Program-made: the position numbers and the translations under genes
IMG/VR virus record: IMGVR_UViG_3300024232_000016
Coordinates: 1 to 52,259 of that record
Origin: a virus
Taxonomy: Duplodnaviria; Caudoviricetes
DNA: 52,259 bases
Reading direction: 5' to 3' (one strand)
Notes under the pieces: generated by a model
Database searches by the model: none
What the model was told of the DNA's origin: nothing
The model's input: only the letters and a program-made list of their open reading frames with translations
In this document: one piece after another, positions 8,940-17,463 of the stretch
Layout of the letters: each line of letters starts with the position of its first letter
Numbering within the stretch: the stretch's first letter is position 1

Positions 8940-9337
8940 TAGGTTTCCTCCTCGTTGGCGTTGGCACCAGCTAGAAAGCACTTCCACCAGTCAAGCCAGT
9001 CGTCTTCGTGGTCAAAGCTAATACAGTTGTCGTTACCCCAGTTGACAAAGGCTTGCCACAGGGGATGCTTCTTTGGGTTGGTCATGGTTGGGTTCTCGTC
9101 AAATACAAACCGGAGGGGACCGAAGTACGTAGTGCCCAAAGCACCACAGGTGATACACTCAAACCTGTATGGGATCGGGTTGCTATCCCATACGTTTCGC
9201 ACGTGGGTAGGACCACAGTGCGGGCACAGTATGGAAGACTCAGCGATTGAACCCATCCAGCAACTGGGTTCTTCAGCGAACCCTAGTAGTTTCTGACTTC
9301 CCATATAACGGTGTTCCTGTTGGGTAGGCTGCCCCAC
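8939..9337 (-). CDS. Hypothetical protein with CxxC...CxxC zinc ribbon
   Basis: CPHC and CITC motifs; start uncertain. Confidence 0.45.
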   Translation of the reverse strand: MGQPTQQEHRYMGSQKLLGFAEEPSCWMGSIAESSILCPHCGPTHVRNVWDSNPIPYRFECITCGALGTTYFGPLRFVFDENPTMTNPKKHPLWQAFVNWGNDNCISFDHEDDWLDWWKCFLAGANANEEET

Positions 9338-9861
9338 TTAACGCCATAGACGCTAAACTCTACAACGTGTCCGGGGTAGGCAAGCAACAACCAGTCTAGC
9401 CATTCTCTGCTTGGTGTATCTAAATACCAATCGAGTAGCAGCTTGGCACGTAAGCCTTCCGCGTGGACGCCACCCTCGATAAGTGACTGACGCATCGGCT
9501 TGGGAACGTAGCTGTAGTACAAGCACAGATGCTGACATGAATGTTGAACCTCTCCTTGGAATAGAGTGCGGGCTGTAGGGGCCATCAAGCTAAAGTACAG
9601 GTCCTCTAGCTTGGCAGCCCTACTAACCCCGTTGGTAATGCCAGACACAATACCTTCCACGTCGTGGGCTGCAATGTTGTACCAAGTAGGACCACCAGCA
9701 ACACGATTGCGAATATGGACAAGCTCAAATCGGCTTCGTCTTGCCCGAAGAAATTCCTTAAGAGTGTTCCAGGTTGGGGAGCGGTTTCCGAATTCACCTT
9801 GTTCATAGCGACGCACAAAGTCCTTTTTGGTTAGTACTGGGTCCATCATAGTATTAAACAC
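9283..9861 (-). CDS. Hypothetical phage protein (possible degenerate ATP-grasp-like fold)
   Basis: 192-aa ORF with LFQGEV and a C-terminal VVEFS...VIWEVR. The fold assignment is a guess. Confidence 0.5.
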   Translation of the reverse strand: MFNTMMDPVLTKKDFVRRYEQGEFGNRSPTWNTLKEFLRARRSRFELVHIRNRVAGGPTWYNIAAHDVEGIVSGITNGVSRAAKLEDLYFSLMAPTARTLFQGEVQHSCQHLCLYYSYVPKPMRQSLIEGGVHAEGLRAKLLLDWYLDTPSREWLDWLLLAYPGHVVEFSVYGVKWGSLPNRNTVIWEVRNY

Positions 9862-9862
9862 G

Positions 9863-9939
9863 CCAGCCGGCAGGGGTGCTATTCTGTCACCAATGCAGCA
9901 GGAAAATTCTGCATAGGTATTACAGGCCCTGCCGGCTGG
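9863..9939. repeat. Long imperfect stem-loop downstream of csrA
   Basis: CCAGCCGGCAGGG (9863-9875) / CCCTGCCGGCTGG (9927-9939), with inner ATGCAG/CTGCAT. Confidence 0.6.
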
Positions 9940-9950
9940 AGATGCCGTCC

Positions 9951-10136
9951 CTATTGTTTGGCTTCGGTGAGCTTCTTCCGTTCAATGGCGTCCTGGACTT
10001 CGGACCTGTGTACTGGCACTGAGCTAGGGGCTTCAATGCCCAGCCGCACCTTGTCGCCACGGACTTCCACCACCACGACGGTGATGTTGCCGTTGATTAT
10101 GATAGACTCGTTCTTTTTCCTACTGAGCACAAGCAT
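9951..10136 (-). CDS. csrA: Carbon storage regulator CsrA/RsmA
   Basis: MLVLSRKKNESIIINGNITVVVVEVRGDKVRLGIEAPSSVPVHRSEV is the textbook CsrA signature. Confidence 0.95.
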   Translation of the reverse strand: MLVLSRKKNESIIINGNITVVVVEVRGDKVRLGIEAPSSVPVHRSEVQDAIERKKLTEAKQ

Positions 10137-10147
10137 CCTAGCTCTGC

Positions 10148-11407
10148 TTAAGCATGTTCAGACCCGGATTCCAACCGCTTCAATTCGTTTTCCAGATAAG
10201 GGTTGTCAGGGGTCTTATCCTCATTGGCAGCATGTACCCCATCGTCAATTGCCTTACGCCTATTATAGCCCGCCTGCCTACGTCTTAGCCACGTTGTACA
10301 AGCTATTCGCCAGTCGTCGGCCCATATCTGACTGGCCCACTCCAGGGCTATCTTGTACTGCCGCTGCTTGTGCTGGTAGTAGGCTAGGGCCATCGGGTAG
10401 GCCACGTGAGCCAGAAACGGCTCCTTAAACACGTCGCTGCCCGGCAGGTGCATCTTTTCCATCAGGTCCAGGTCCATGCCCAGCCAGCCATAGTTGAATT
10501 CCAGTAGCTCTTTATCAAACTGGTCCTGGAACTCCACCAGCCCTACGCTATTGAGCCTAGGCATCCTCAGGTAATGGTCCGGGGTAGTGTCAGCCAGCCA
10601 TTCCTGATGGTTGAAGGACTCCGTATAAACGTGTAGGTTGCTGCTGACTTGGTGGTACACACCCACTTCACAGCTAAGCTGAGCAGCCATGTATTCCAGC
10701 AAGAAGCTGAAGTGAACCGCATTGGCCCCCAACATACCCAGCACCAGATCATTGGAACGGTTGTAAACCGTCATGTCCAGGGCGTTGTTGGTGATGCTGA
10801 ATACACAGCACAGGTTGCAGCACACGTCCTTGGAGTACAGCTCACGTTCAGTTCCATGTTCGTAGTAGGGAACTCCACCAGCTTGAAGCAGGTCTTTAGT
10901 GGGGTCCCACATCTGTAAAACACCCCTACGGCTGTTTGGGTTCTTTTTCAGGTGCTGTACCAAGGCTTGTAGCTGGTCCCAACCGCCACCGTCCGGTTGA
11001 TTCCAGGCTATGTCTGGACTAGGGGACTTAATACCTACAGCTCGTTCGTGCCTCCACCTGTAGCCGTAAGCCCCGTTCGCAACTTCCCGATCCCCATCCT
11101 TTACGTAGGTAGGGTACTTGGCTGAATAGTACGCAATCGGGTCAATGTCCCTACGACCAGCCAGCATCCAAAGGCTTTCCATCAGGTGCAGAAACGGGTT
11201 GGCGTCCCGGGCTTCATTAAACAGCACCCGCTCCCGGGGCTGGGCATAGCTAACGATGATCGGTTCCAAAAGCTGGGCCACATCCCCCGCCCGGCTAGTA
11301 GTACGCTGAGTGGGAAAGCCTTCCTTGGTTTGAATAGCAGACATCACAAAGTTAGCCACCAGCTTGGTAAAGGCGTCATTGACATTGCGAACGTGAACGT
11401 GGGGCAC
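10148..11407 (-). CDS. Thymidylate synthase-fold enzyme, likely dUMP hydroxymethylase
   Basis: RDANPFLHLMESLWMLAGR, GAYGYRWR, SRRGVLQMWD, catalytic DVCCN, RSNDLVLGMLGAN (Asn at the dUMP-specificity position), NLHVY. Clustered with an aGPT-Pplase1 gene. Confidence 0.8.
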   Translation of the reverse strand: MPHVHVRNVNDAFTKLVANFVMSAIQTKEGFPTQRTTSRAGDVAQLLEPIIVSYAQPRERVLFNEARDANPFLHLMESLWMLAGRRDIDPIAYYSAKYPTYVKDGDREVANGAYGYRWRHERAVGIKSPSPDIAWNQPDGGGWDQLQALVQHLKKNPNSRRGVLQMWDPTKDLLQAGGVPYYEHGTERELYSKDVCCNLCCVFSITNNALDMTVYNRSNDLVLGMLGANAVHFSFLLEYMAAQLSCEVGVYHQVSSNLHVYTESFNHQEWLADTTPDHYLRMPRLNSVGLVEFQDQFDKELLEFNYGWLGMDLDLMEKMHLPGSDVFKEPFLAHVAYPMALAYYQHKQRQYKIALEWASQIWADDWRIACTTWLRRRQAGYNRRKAIDDGVHAANEDKTPDNPYLENELKRLESGSEHA

Positions 11408-11417
11408 AATAAGACTC

Positions 11418-11963
11418 CTAGGTAAGACCGAGTTGCTGCTTGACGTATTTTACAGGGTCGTGGGCTTGGGCGTGCAAATGGTTGCCGCAGCTTGGGAAGA
11501 CGATGCCCGTGCCACCGTGGGCTTTCCATTTGTCTATCGTGCTGGCCCTATCGTCAATGAGCACACGACCGGGTCCGGCTAGTTCGTACTTGTGGTGCGT
11601 AGGGAACCAACGGCTGAACTCTTCACCGAACTTACTGTGCAGCCACTTGGCCTTACCGCTGTAGCTGGTAGGACACTGGCTGGGACTGGTGGCTATGTAC
11701 CAGTGCTCGTAGTTACCCAACACTAAGTCCAAAAGCTGGTGAAACCACGGCAGCGGCTGTAGGTCCAGCCAGAACTGCTCACCGGCTGCTGTAATGGGCT
11801 TCCAGAATTGTTCCACGGTAATGCCTAGGGGTTGGCACAGGTCCCAGCACCCTAGCCGTATGCACTCAGCATCGGCAAATTCCCGGCTCACCCCGTGTAC
11901 TTGGCAAGCCCCACCACGAAAATCGACCAGTACTTCGTCCATATCCAGGAAAATTTTTGGCAT
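11418..11963 (-). CDS. HAD-family 5'(3')-deoxyribonucleotidase (NT5C-like)
   Basis: Motif I FLDMDEVLVD, IATSP, K..WL, motif IV LIDDR. Confidence 0.85.
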   Translation of the reverse strand: MPKIFLDMDEVLVDFRGGACQVHGVSREFADAECIRLGCWDLCQPLGITVEQFWKPITAAGEQFWLDLQPLPWFHQLLDLVLGNYEHWYIATSPSQCPTSYSGKAKWLHSKFGEEFSRWFPTHHKYELAGPGRVLIDDRASTIDKWKAHGGTGIVFPSCGNHLHAQAHDPVKYVKQQLGLT

Positions 11964-12053
11964 TTGTTCTCTTCCTAAAGCCTTATGGTTCAAGGAGTTA
12001 CGTTCAGCCCCAAAGTATTTTCAACAAAATGACCCGTTTTGCTGGTAGCCCTA

Positions 12054-12081
12054 TTTACTTAGGGCCGATACTTACTAATAT
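12054..12081 (+). promoter_or_regulatory. Putative early promoter
   Basis: TTTACT-N16-TAATAT; the same architecture recurs at 31864-31891. Confidence 0.5.
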
Positions 12082-12124
12082 GAATGTAGTGGTTTGAGTG
12101 ACACAGCTAACCGGAGAAAACACA

Positions 12125-12328
12125 ATGAACACCAGCACCAAAACCCGCAACCAGCTTGCCCAAGCTCAGGCCGAGCTTACTAGGCAAGTCAGGTTGATTG
12201 AGTTTATCAGCCAGAACCCAGGAATTAGCGGCAGCGACGACCGTATTCCACAGGCTTACCGACGGTTTTTCCACCAGTTGGAAAGCCTTGGCAAAATCCA
12301 ATATCACAACGGTTGGTACGTTCGCTAA
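12125..12328 (+). CDS. Small hypothetical protein
   Basis: CTAACCGGAG SD-like motif, then MNTSTKTR. Confidence 0.55.
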   Translation: MNTSTKTRNQLAQAQAELTRQVRLIEFISQNPGISGSDDRIPQAYRRFFHQLESLGKIQYHNGWYVR

Positions 12329-12350
12329 CCCCATTGTAAGGCCCAGCCCA

Positions 12351-12509
12351 ATGGCAGCCATTAGCAACCGCAGCCCAGCCGTAAAGGTGGAGTACACCAA
12401 CTCCACCGGCAAGCTGGTCAGCAAGCAGTTTACCAACCCTTACCAAGCCCGTGCCTACTACTGCCGGCTAGTGCGGCAGGGGCACAGCCCACAGGTCCGC
12501 AAAGCCTAA
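12351..12509 (+). CDS. Small hypothetical protein
   Basis: MAAISNRSPAVKVEY...; in-frame part of track ORF 12198..12509. Confidence 0.45.
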   Translation: MAAISNRSPAVKVEYTNSTGKLVSKQFTNPYQARAYYCRLVRQGHSPQVRKA

Positions 12510-12522
12510 CAGGGAGCCAACC

Positions 12523-12777
12523 ATGACCACCCTAGCACAGCCTCGCATGGCGACCCGTACTTACCTAGCCGAAGTGTACACCAGCCACCCCCAAACCGGC
12601 CAACCCGGCTGGGACATCTTCATGGTGTGGGTGTGCGGCTGCCGCAACATGGAACATGCCATTGCCAAGCTCAAGGCCAGCTTGCCAAACTTTGATGAAG
12701 TCATTACACTGACTGAAACCAACGGCATTGAAGACCTACGCTACTGTCAACCCAGCAACCTGAAGGTGATTCGCTAA
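12523..12777 (+). CDS. Small hypothetical protein
   Basis: AGGGAG SD; 84 aa; its stop codon abuts the ribozyme. Confidence 0.55.
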   Translation: MTTLAQPRMATRTYLAEVYTSHPQTGQPGWDIFMVWVCGCRNMEHAIAKLKASLPNFDEVITLTETNGIEDLRYCQPSNLKVIR

Positions 12778-12844
12778 GCCGAAACAGCCCGTACCCCACG
12801 GGCTTTCCTTGGGAGCTAACCTACCCAAGCTGATGAGGCAGGTT
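12778..12844 (+). ncRNA. Type II hammerhead ribozyme
   Basis: Stem II GCC/GGC; GAAA core (12781); stem III AGCCCGT/ACGGGCT; UUC cleavage triplet (C12807); stem I CTTGGG/CCCAAG; CTGATGA core (12830-12836). Loop-I AACCT can pseudoknot with 3' AGGTT. One C-U mismatch at 15.2-16.2. Confidence 0.8.
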
Positions 12845-12875
12845 CCTCGCTACCGTTTACGTAAGGTGTACCGCT

Positions 12876-13280
12876 ATGACAACCGCTGCTGAAAGACTGA
12901 CCGTTCGCGTTCGTGCCCTCAAAGCCATTGCCAAAAAGGGGGAACTGACTGCCCTGAAAGTGTCCCAAGCCATTGGCATCAAGCACGGGTGCAAGCCCAC
13001 CCTGGACCAAGAAGTCAGCCGTGGGCACCTTCGGTGCAAGGAAGGTGAACCGAAAAAGCTGTCTAATGGTGAGTTCAGCCTCAACCCCAGTGCACACGTG
13101 TACGAGATCACGGCTGCCGGCAAGAAGTCCCTTGAAGCCGGCACGGTCAACCCCGTACGGGCTACGGAAGCCCCGGCGAAGGCCAAAAAGAAGGCGGCTG
13201 CCAAGAAGAAGCCGGCTAAGGCCAGCAAGAATGCGGCTGCCAAAGCAGATGCCCCCACCGAACCCACCGCAGCGGCCTAG
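12876..13280 (+). CDS. Winged-helix DNA-binding protein with Lys/Ala-rich histone-H1-like tail
   Basis: wHTH-type wing VYEITAAGKKSLE, followed by APAKAKKKAAAKKKPAKASK. Confidence 0.65.
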   Translation: MTTAAERLTVRVRALKAIAKKGELTALKVSQAIGIKHGCKPTLDQEVSRGHLRCKEGEPKKLSNGEFSLNPSAHVYEITAAGKKSLEAGTVNPVRATEAPAKAKKKAAAKKKPAKASKNAAAKADAPTEPTAAA

Positions 13281-13311
13281 CCCCCAGCTACCAAAGCCCA
13301 GCCCCACCAAG

Positions 13312-13343
13312 CCCCAGTAAGTTAGATACTTACTGGGGTTTTT
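13312..13343 (+). terminator. Rho-independent terminator
   Basis: CCCCAGTAAGT-TAGAT-ACTTACTGGGG followed by TTTTT. Confidence 0.85.
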
Positions 13344-13466
13344 CTATTGGCCCCTTGAGGGCTTTGTGGGGCTTGTAGCGGGCTAGCACCCCCCAACAGC
13401 TTGCCAAGGGCCAGCCACCCCAGTTGCTCGGCTCCCAGCCCTTGCCAGTGGCCCACAGGGCAACCC

Positions 13467-14342
13467 CTAGCCGCCCTTAGCCTTGTGCAAGGCCTCTATG
13501 TCTTGGGCTGTAGCATACGGTGGGGCTGGGGCTGATACGTTGTGGCTGTAGGCCCCCGCGTAGCAATCACATCCCCGGCACAGGGGCAAGCTGCGGTCCT
13601 TTAGCAGCAGCCGGCGACGGTATTCATTCATTACCGGATGAACCCACAGGGCTTGTAGGGAGCTATCGGCTAGGCTGCCGTAGCTCATTTCACCGTGGTA
13701 GTCTTGGCAGCACACCAAGGCTTCGCCCTTCCAGTTAACGTTCAACAACCGAAAGGGCTTGACGCACATTCGCTTGACTGGGGTTTTCAGCGGGGGCATG
13801 TACGAACCAATGTTGCCAGCCCTGTTCATAAGCCTAAACACCCCAGTTCCAAACTGGTTTGGATCAGACTTGTCCAGCAGCTGAAACACCTTTTTGGTAG
13901 GGCTGAGCCGTAGGTACACGCTATCCGTAAAGCTAACCACTGGGGCTAGTTCCTTTAGCCAAGCTGACCTTCGCTGAAACAATCCTGGGCTATAGCAGTT
14001 CACTAGCAACTGGTTTAGCCCCAGCTTGTACAAGTGTAAAATCTGGTCAACCGTTCGTATGTAATCACCATTGGTGGCAACCATCAAGCAGCTTGCTGGA
14101 ACATGTTTGCGAGCTAGTGCAATGCACCAATGCAAGTACTCCAAGTCCTTCATAGGTTCGTTGTACAGATAGAACTCAATACGACCCTTGTACCCTAGCT
14201 GGCCCAGCTCTTCAAAAGCCTTAACGACTAGGGCTTCATCCATTCGCTCGTCTGGCCTTGAGTTGTAAGCCACTGGACAGAACTTGCACTTCCGGTTACA
14301 GGCAGCCGTAATTTCAAGACACAAGGTACTGAATAGGTTCAT
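13467..14342 (-). CDS. Radical SAM protein with SPASM/twitch domain
   Basis: CNRKCKFC (CxxxCxxC), YNEP, ATNGD; C-terminal CVKPF...CCQDY...CRGCDC. ATGA coupling to the glycosyltransferase. Confidence 0.9.
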   Translation of the reverse strand: MNLFSTLCLEITAACNRKCKFCPVAYNSRPDERMDEALVVKAFEELGQLGYKGRIEFYLYNEPMKDLEYLHWCIALARKHVPASCLMVATNGDYIRTVDQILHLYKLGLNQLLVNCYSPGLFQRRSAWLKELAPVVSFTDSVYLRLSPTKKVFQLLDKSDPNQFGTGVFRLMNRAGNIGSYMPPLKTPVKRMCVKPFRLLNVNWKGEALVCCQDYHGEMSYGSLADSSLQALWVHPVMNEYRRRLLLKDRSLPLCRGCDCYAGAYSHNVSAPAPPYATAQDIEALHKAKGG

Positions 14343-15466
14343 ACCATTCCCGCTTGACAAAGAATTTTCTTGGCTATGCTGCTGCATTCACTACGCTGCA
14401 CTAAGTCAAAAGCATTCTGTTGAATTAGCTGTAGTTCCTTTATCGGGGTAGCACTTATTTCGTTCAGGTCTTCAACGACCGTGTCTAAGTCAAACACCTT
14501 ACAGCAGGTCTTTGGTATCTCGCAGTACTTGTCTTCGGCTACCCTTCGTTCCATAACCGAAATCGTACCTACCGTCATCGGCTCCCAGTGAGTCATGTTG
14601 GTCATACCCTGGATAGACAGGTCCATAGAAAACCAAGACTCGGCCATTTCTTTTAGGAGCCTAGCGTATTCCACGTGCCCGTAATAGGCATGAGGGCTGG
14701 CCTTGTTGTACACAGCCGGCTTACCAGCGTGCCAGTCTTCACGGTAAGTCTTTACCATTTCCGGAACGAGCTTGTGGTACACCTGTCCTCCACCATAGGT
14801 CTTCACCGGAACCCGAAGCTCCAACAACCTAGGTACTAGAAACCTGTGGTTCTTAATAGCCAGCCACTGGGTCGCCCACGTAAACTGTCGTACCTTGGCT
14901 TGGCTTAAAGGTAGGACTTTGGGCACAACCAGAGGAAACGTACTCCAGCCCCAAGGCACATTGCTCAGCTCAGCAAACTTACGCACAGAACCAACAAAGT
15001 GATGTTGAGCAGCGTGAACGTAGTCTGGGCAAGCACTGACCTCGGCCATCCAGGTATTGGTGCGATCCCAGTGCCGGTCGTGGAACACGGAAACCTTGGC
15101 TGTAGTTACATCCGTATAGAGCTTTTGCCAGCCCCTAGACCACTTCAAATCTTCAGTGGCCTTGACCGGGTGAGGGCTTGGATGGGCAAACACAACCAAG
15201 TCGTAACGGTTAAGAACCTGAACCGACTTAGCCACTTCCTTGTCTGTGTAGGGCAAGTGGTAAGCCGGCAGCAAGTGGTACCGACCTCGGTTGACTTTTT
15301 CAGTAGGGCTACAGTTAAGCCGGTTCTGGTGGGTGCTGTAAAACGTGGAGACCTGACAGCCCAAGGCTCTACACCCCCGAACAAAGTTTTCAGTCCAGGA
15401 GTTGATCCCTCCAACGTCGTTAACCAGCCAGTGAACAATCGCAATTTTAAGGTTAGACAGGCTCAT
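14339..15466 (-). CDS. GT-B fold glycosyltransferase-like protein
   Basis: N-terminal KIAIVHW...GGINSW, YDLVVF, VSVFHD; C-terminal KNH, YYGHV, THWEPMTVG, matching the GT-B E(A/P)MxxG signature. Confidence 0.65.
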   Translation of the reverse strand: MSLSNLKIAIVHWLVNDVGGINSWTENFVRGCRALGCQVSTFYSTHQNRLNCSPTEKVNRGRYHLLPAYHLPYTDKEVAKSVQVLNRYDLVVFAHPSPHPVKATEDLKWSRGWQKLYTDVTTAKVSVFHDRHWDRTNTWMAEVSACPDYVHAAQHHFVGSVRKFAELSNVPWGWSTFPLVVPKVLPLSQAKVRQFTWATQWLAIKNHRFLVPRLLELRVPVKTYGGGQVYHKLVPEMVKTYREDWHAGKPAVYNKASPHAYYGHVEYARLLKEMAESWFSMDLSIQGMTNMTHWEPMTVGTISVMERRVAEDKYCEIPKTCCKVFDLDTVVEDLNEISATPIKELQLIQQNAFDLVQRSECSSIAKKILCQAGMV

Positions 15467-15682
15467 GATGGTTCCTACTTTAGCTTTCCACCTTTGCGTA
15501 ACTGTACCACCCGGTTCCGTAACCAGTGCAAACTAACTATTTCCTCAAACTCACTTAGGTTCATAGCTTGCCTGATCATACACAGCTCGGCTTCTGTGGG
15601 GCGTCTGTGTGTTCAATGCTGTGCTTGCGCAGGTGGAACGCACTGATGATGTTTTCGTCGGTGAACAGAACTTCGTAAGTGT

Positions 15683-16540
15683 TCATGAGCCTGGATACCT
15701 TTGCTTGGGTGTACCTTCGCCCCATAGACAGCGTTCGTACTTGTCGAATTCGCAGAAGCAGTTCTGCACGTCTATGGCCTCTAGCCGCTGGGCAATGCTG
15801 GGCAAGTGCCGTTTGACCAAGCCGATGGCCCTAGGCAACCAAGTGTTGAACTCGATCTGGGACATACCGCAGTCCACAGGGCGGTCTAGAAACCTGTTCA
15901 TACCCCGCCTGGAGCCAGGACCAATGGCTGCCCACACTAGCCGGTCGGCCCATGTACCTTCTATGGCCCAGCGTAGGTCAGCCACAATCTGCCCGCCTAA
16001 GAACGTGCTAAGCCCCCAGTAGCCAGTCAGGGTCTTTACCGACCGCTCCATACTGCTTGTATCCAGCTTGGGTGTCCCCAAGTACAAGGGCTGTAGCAAG
16101 TGCTTGAACAACACGTCCAGTTTGTCCCCGGTCAGCCCGTTGGTGCTTACGATGTAGGCCCCGTTGAACACCTTGTTGCCCTTGTCCCGCCAGCCCTTCA
16201 AGGCCCCTAGGATACTGACTTGGTTCCATGTCTTACGGAAGCCCACGTGCTCTAGGGTAACTGGGTTGTTGATCAGCCTAGCCAGCACCACGTTCATGAG
16301 CATGTTGGGATGATTGTAGTTGGGGTGATACCAGTTTTCGTACAGCCACTGGCTTACCTTGTCATCCATACGCCGCACATTGCAGAACCTATAGGACTGA
16401 AGAATAGGGTCTCCAGTCCAAGGCTTAGGCTCACCTTCCTCTTGGGCCTTACGCACCTGCTCCCGCTGGCCAATCCAGTAAATGAACCTTTCTTGGGCAT
16501 GGGGTAGCGTTTTCTTTAACTGGTCTAGAAACAGGTTCAT
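15683..16540 (-). CDS. aGPT-Pplase1 family / 5-hmdU DNA kinase helical-domain protein
   Basis: FIYWIGQREQVR...PKPWTGDPILQSYRFCNVRRMDDKVS, FNGAYIV, GLSTFLGGQIVADL, GPGSRRG, DVQNCFCEFDKYER. Confidence 0.85.
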   Translation of the reverse strand: MNLFLDQLKKTLPHAQERFIYWIGQREQVRKAQEEGEPKPWTGDPILQSYRFCNVRRMDDKVSQWLYENWYHPNYNHPNMLMNVVLARLINNPVTLEHVGFRKTWNQVSILGALKGWRDKGNKVFNGAYIVSTNGLTGDKLDVLFKHLLQPLYLGTPKLDTSSMERSVKTLTGYWGLSTFLGGQIVADLRWAIEGTWADRLVWAAIGPGSRRGMNRFLDRPVDCGMSQIEFNTWLPRAIGLVKRHLPSIAQRLEAIDVQNCFCEFDKYERCLWGEGTPKQRYPGS

Positions 16541-16896
16541 CCGGTATAGTCTCCTAGCTTACGCCAGCCACCACGCTTGTCAATAACCGAGTGGCACATT
16601 TCCCCATGAGCATCTGGAATAGGGTGTGAACTATGTCCGTTGGTCATTCCACCACAATCCGGACACTTGTATAGGGGCTGTGGCAAAGCATCAAACTTGG
16701 CCTTGGTCATTGGTCCAATCGGCTTAAGTATTACCCCCTTGACTATGTTCTCGATTATGAACTTGCGTAGAAGCTGAACCTCAGCAACTACTTCTTGTTC
16801 ATGCTCTAATACTTGGGCCTTAGTCCAGCCTGGATGACTACCACAAGTGCCGTGATAAACCAAAGCAACGACTTGAGCCAACTGCTTGTTATTCAT
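16537..16896 (-). CDS. Hypothetical protein (CPDC...H..C)
   Basis: ATGA-coupled on both sides. Confidence 0.5.
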   Translation of the reverse strand: MNNKQLAQVVALVYHGTCGSHPGWTKAQVLEHEQEVVAEVQLLRKFIIENIVKGVILKPIGPMTKAKFDALPQPLYKCPDCGGMTNGHSSHPIPDAHGEMCHSVIDKRGGWRKLGDYTG

Positions 16897-17366
16897 CGAA
16901 CCTGCCCCTTGTACAGCGGCTTGGGCAAAGCATTGACCACTGACACTATGGTCTCAGGCACACCAGCTTCCTTTAGCTTAAGCTCAGCCGCTTGGCACCG
17001 TGCCCGTAGGTCAATGATTTCCCTTTGGTTCAGCAGGCACTGGTTGGCCATGAACTGCAATGCCTTGGGAACAGCCATACCCCGGCAGCCAATGGCATCC
17101 CGTATTTCACGGGCTTCAGTTAGCTCCCCTAGGCTATCCGTGGCAATCAGGTAACACTGGGATGTGACCTGTGTATCACCTAGCTGTTCAACCAGTATTG
17201 GCCCGAGGTGTACGTCCGCAATACCCGGCAAGGCCCCTTGACCGCCACCAGTTTGCAGCCCGCGTATCTTGGACACAAACAGCATAAACGGCAGGTCATC
17301 TTCTTCAACAACAAACTTGTTACACTTGCCAGCTTGTTCTGGGAAGTAGGAAATACGGTACTTCAT
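16893..17366 (-). CDS. Hypothetical protein
   Basis: AGGGAG SD before MKYRISY. Confidence 0.55.
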   Translation of the reverse strand: MKYRISYFPEQAGKCNKFVVEEDDLPFMLFVSKIRGLQTGGGQGALPGIADVHLGPILVEQLGDTQVTSQCYLIATDSLGELTEAREIRDAIGCRGMAVPKALQFMANQCLLNQREIIDLRARCQAAELKLKEAGVPETIVSVVNALPKPLYKGQVR

Positions 17367-17463
17367 GACTGATAGCTCCCTAAGAAGCCTAGGAGACCGA
17401 GTAGTATGTACAGCAAGATAGGCCCGGCTGTTAAAGCCAGTAGCACCCACTTAGCAAGGTTAT

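Noticed and set aside
10148-11407. dCMP hydroxymethylase with T4-like glucosyl-hmC
   Set aside because: The specificity position after RSND is Asn (dUMP-type) rather than Asp, and the aGPT-Pplase1 neighbour points to hmU. Not fully excluded without an assay.
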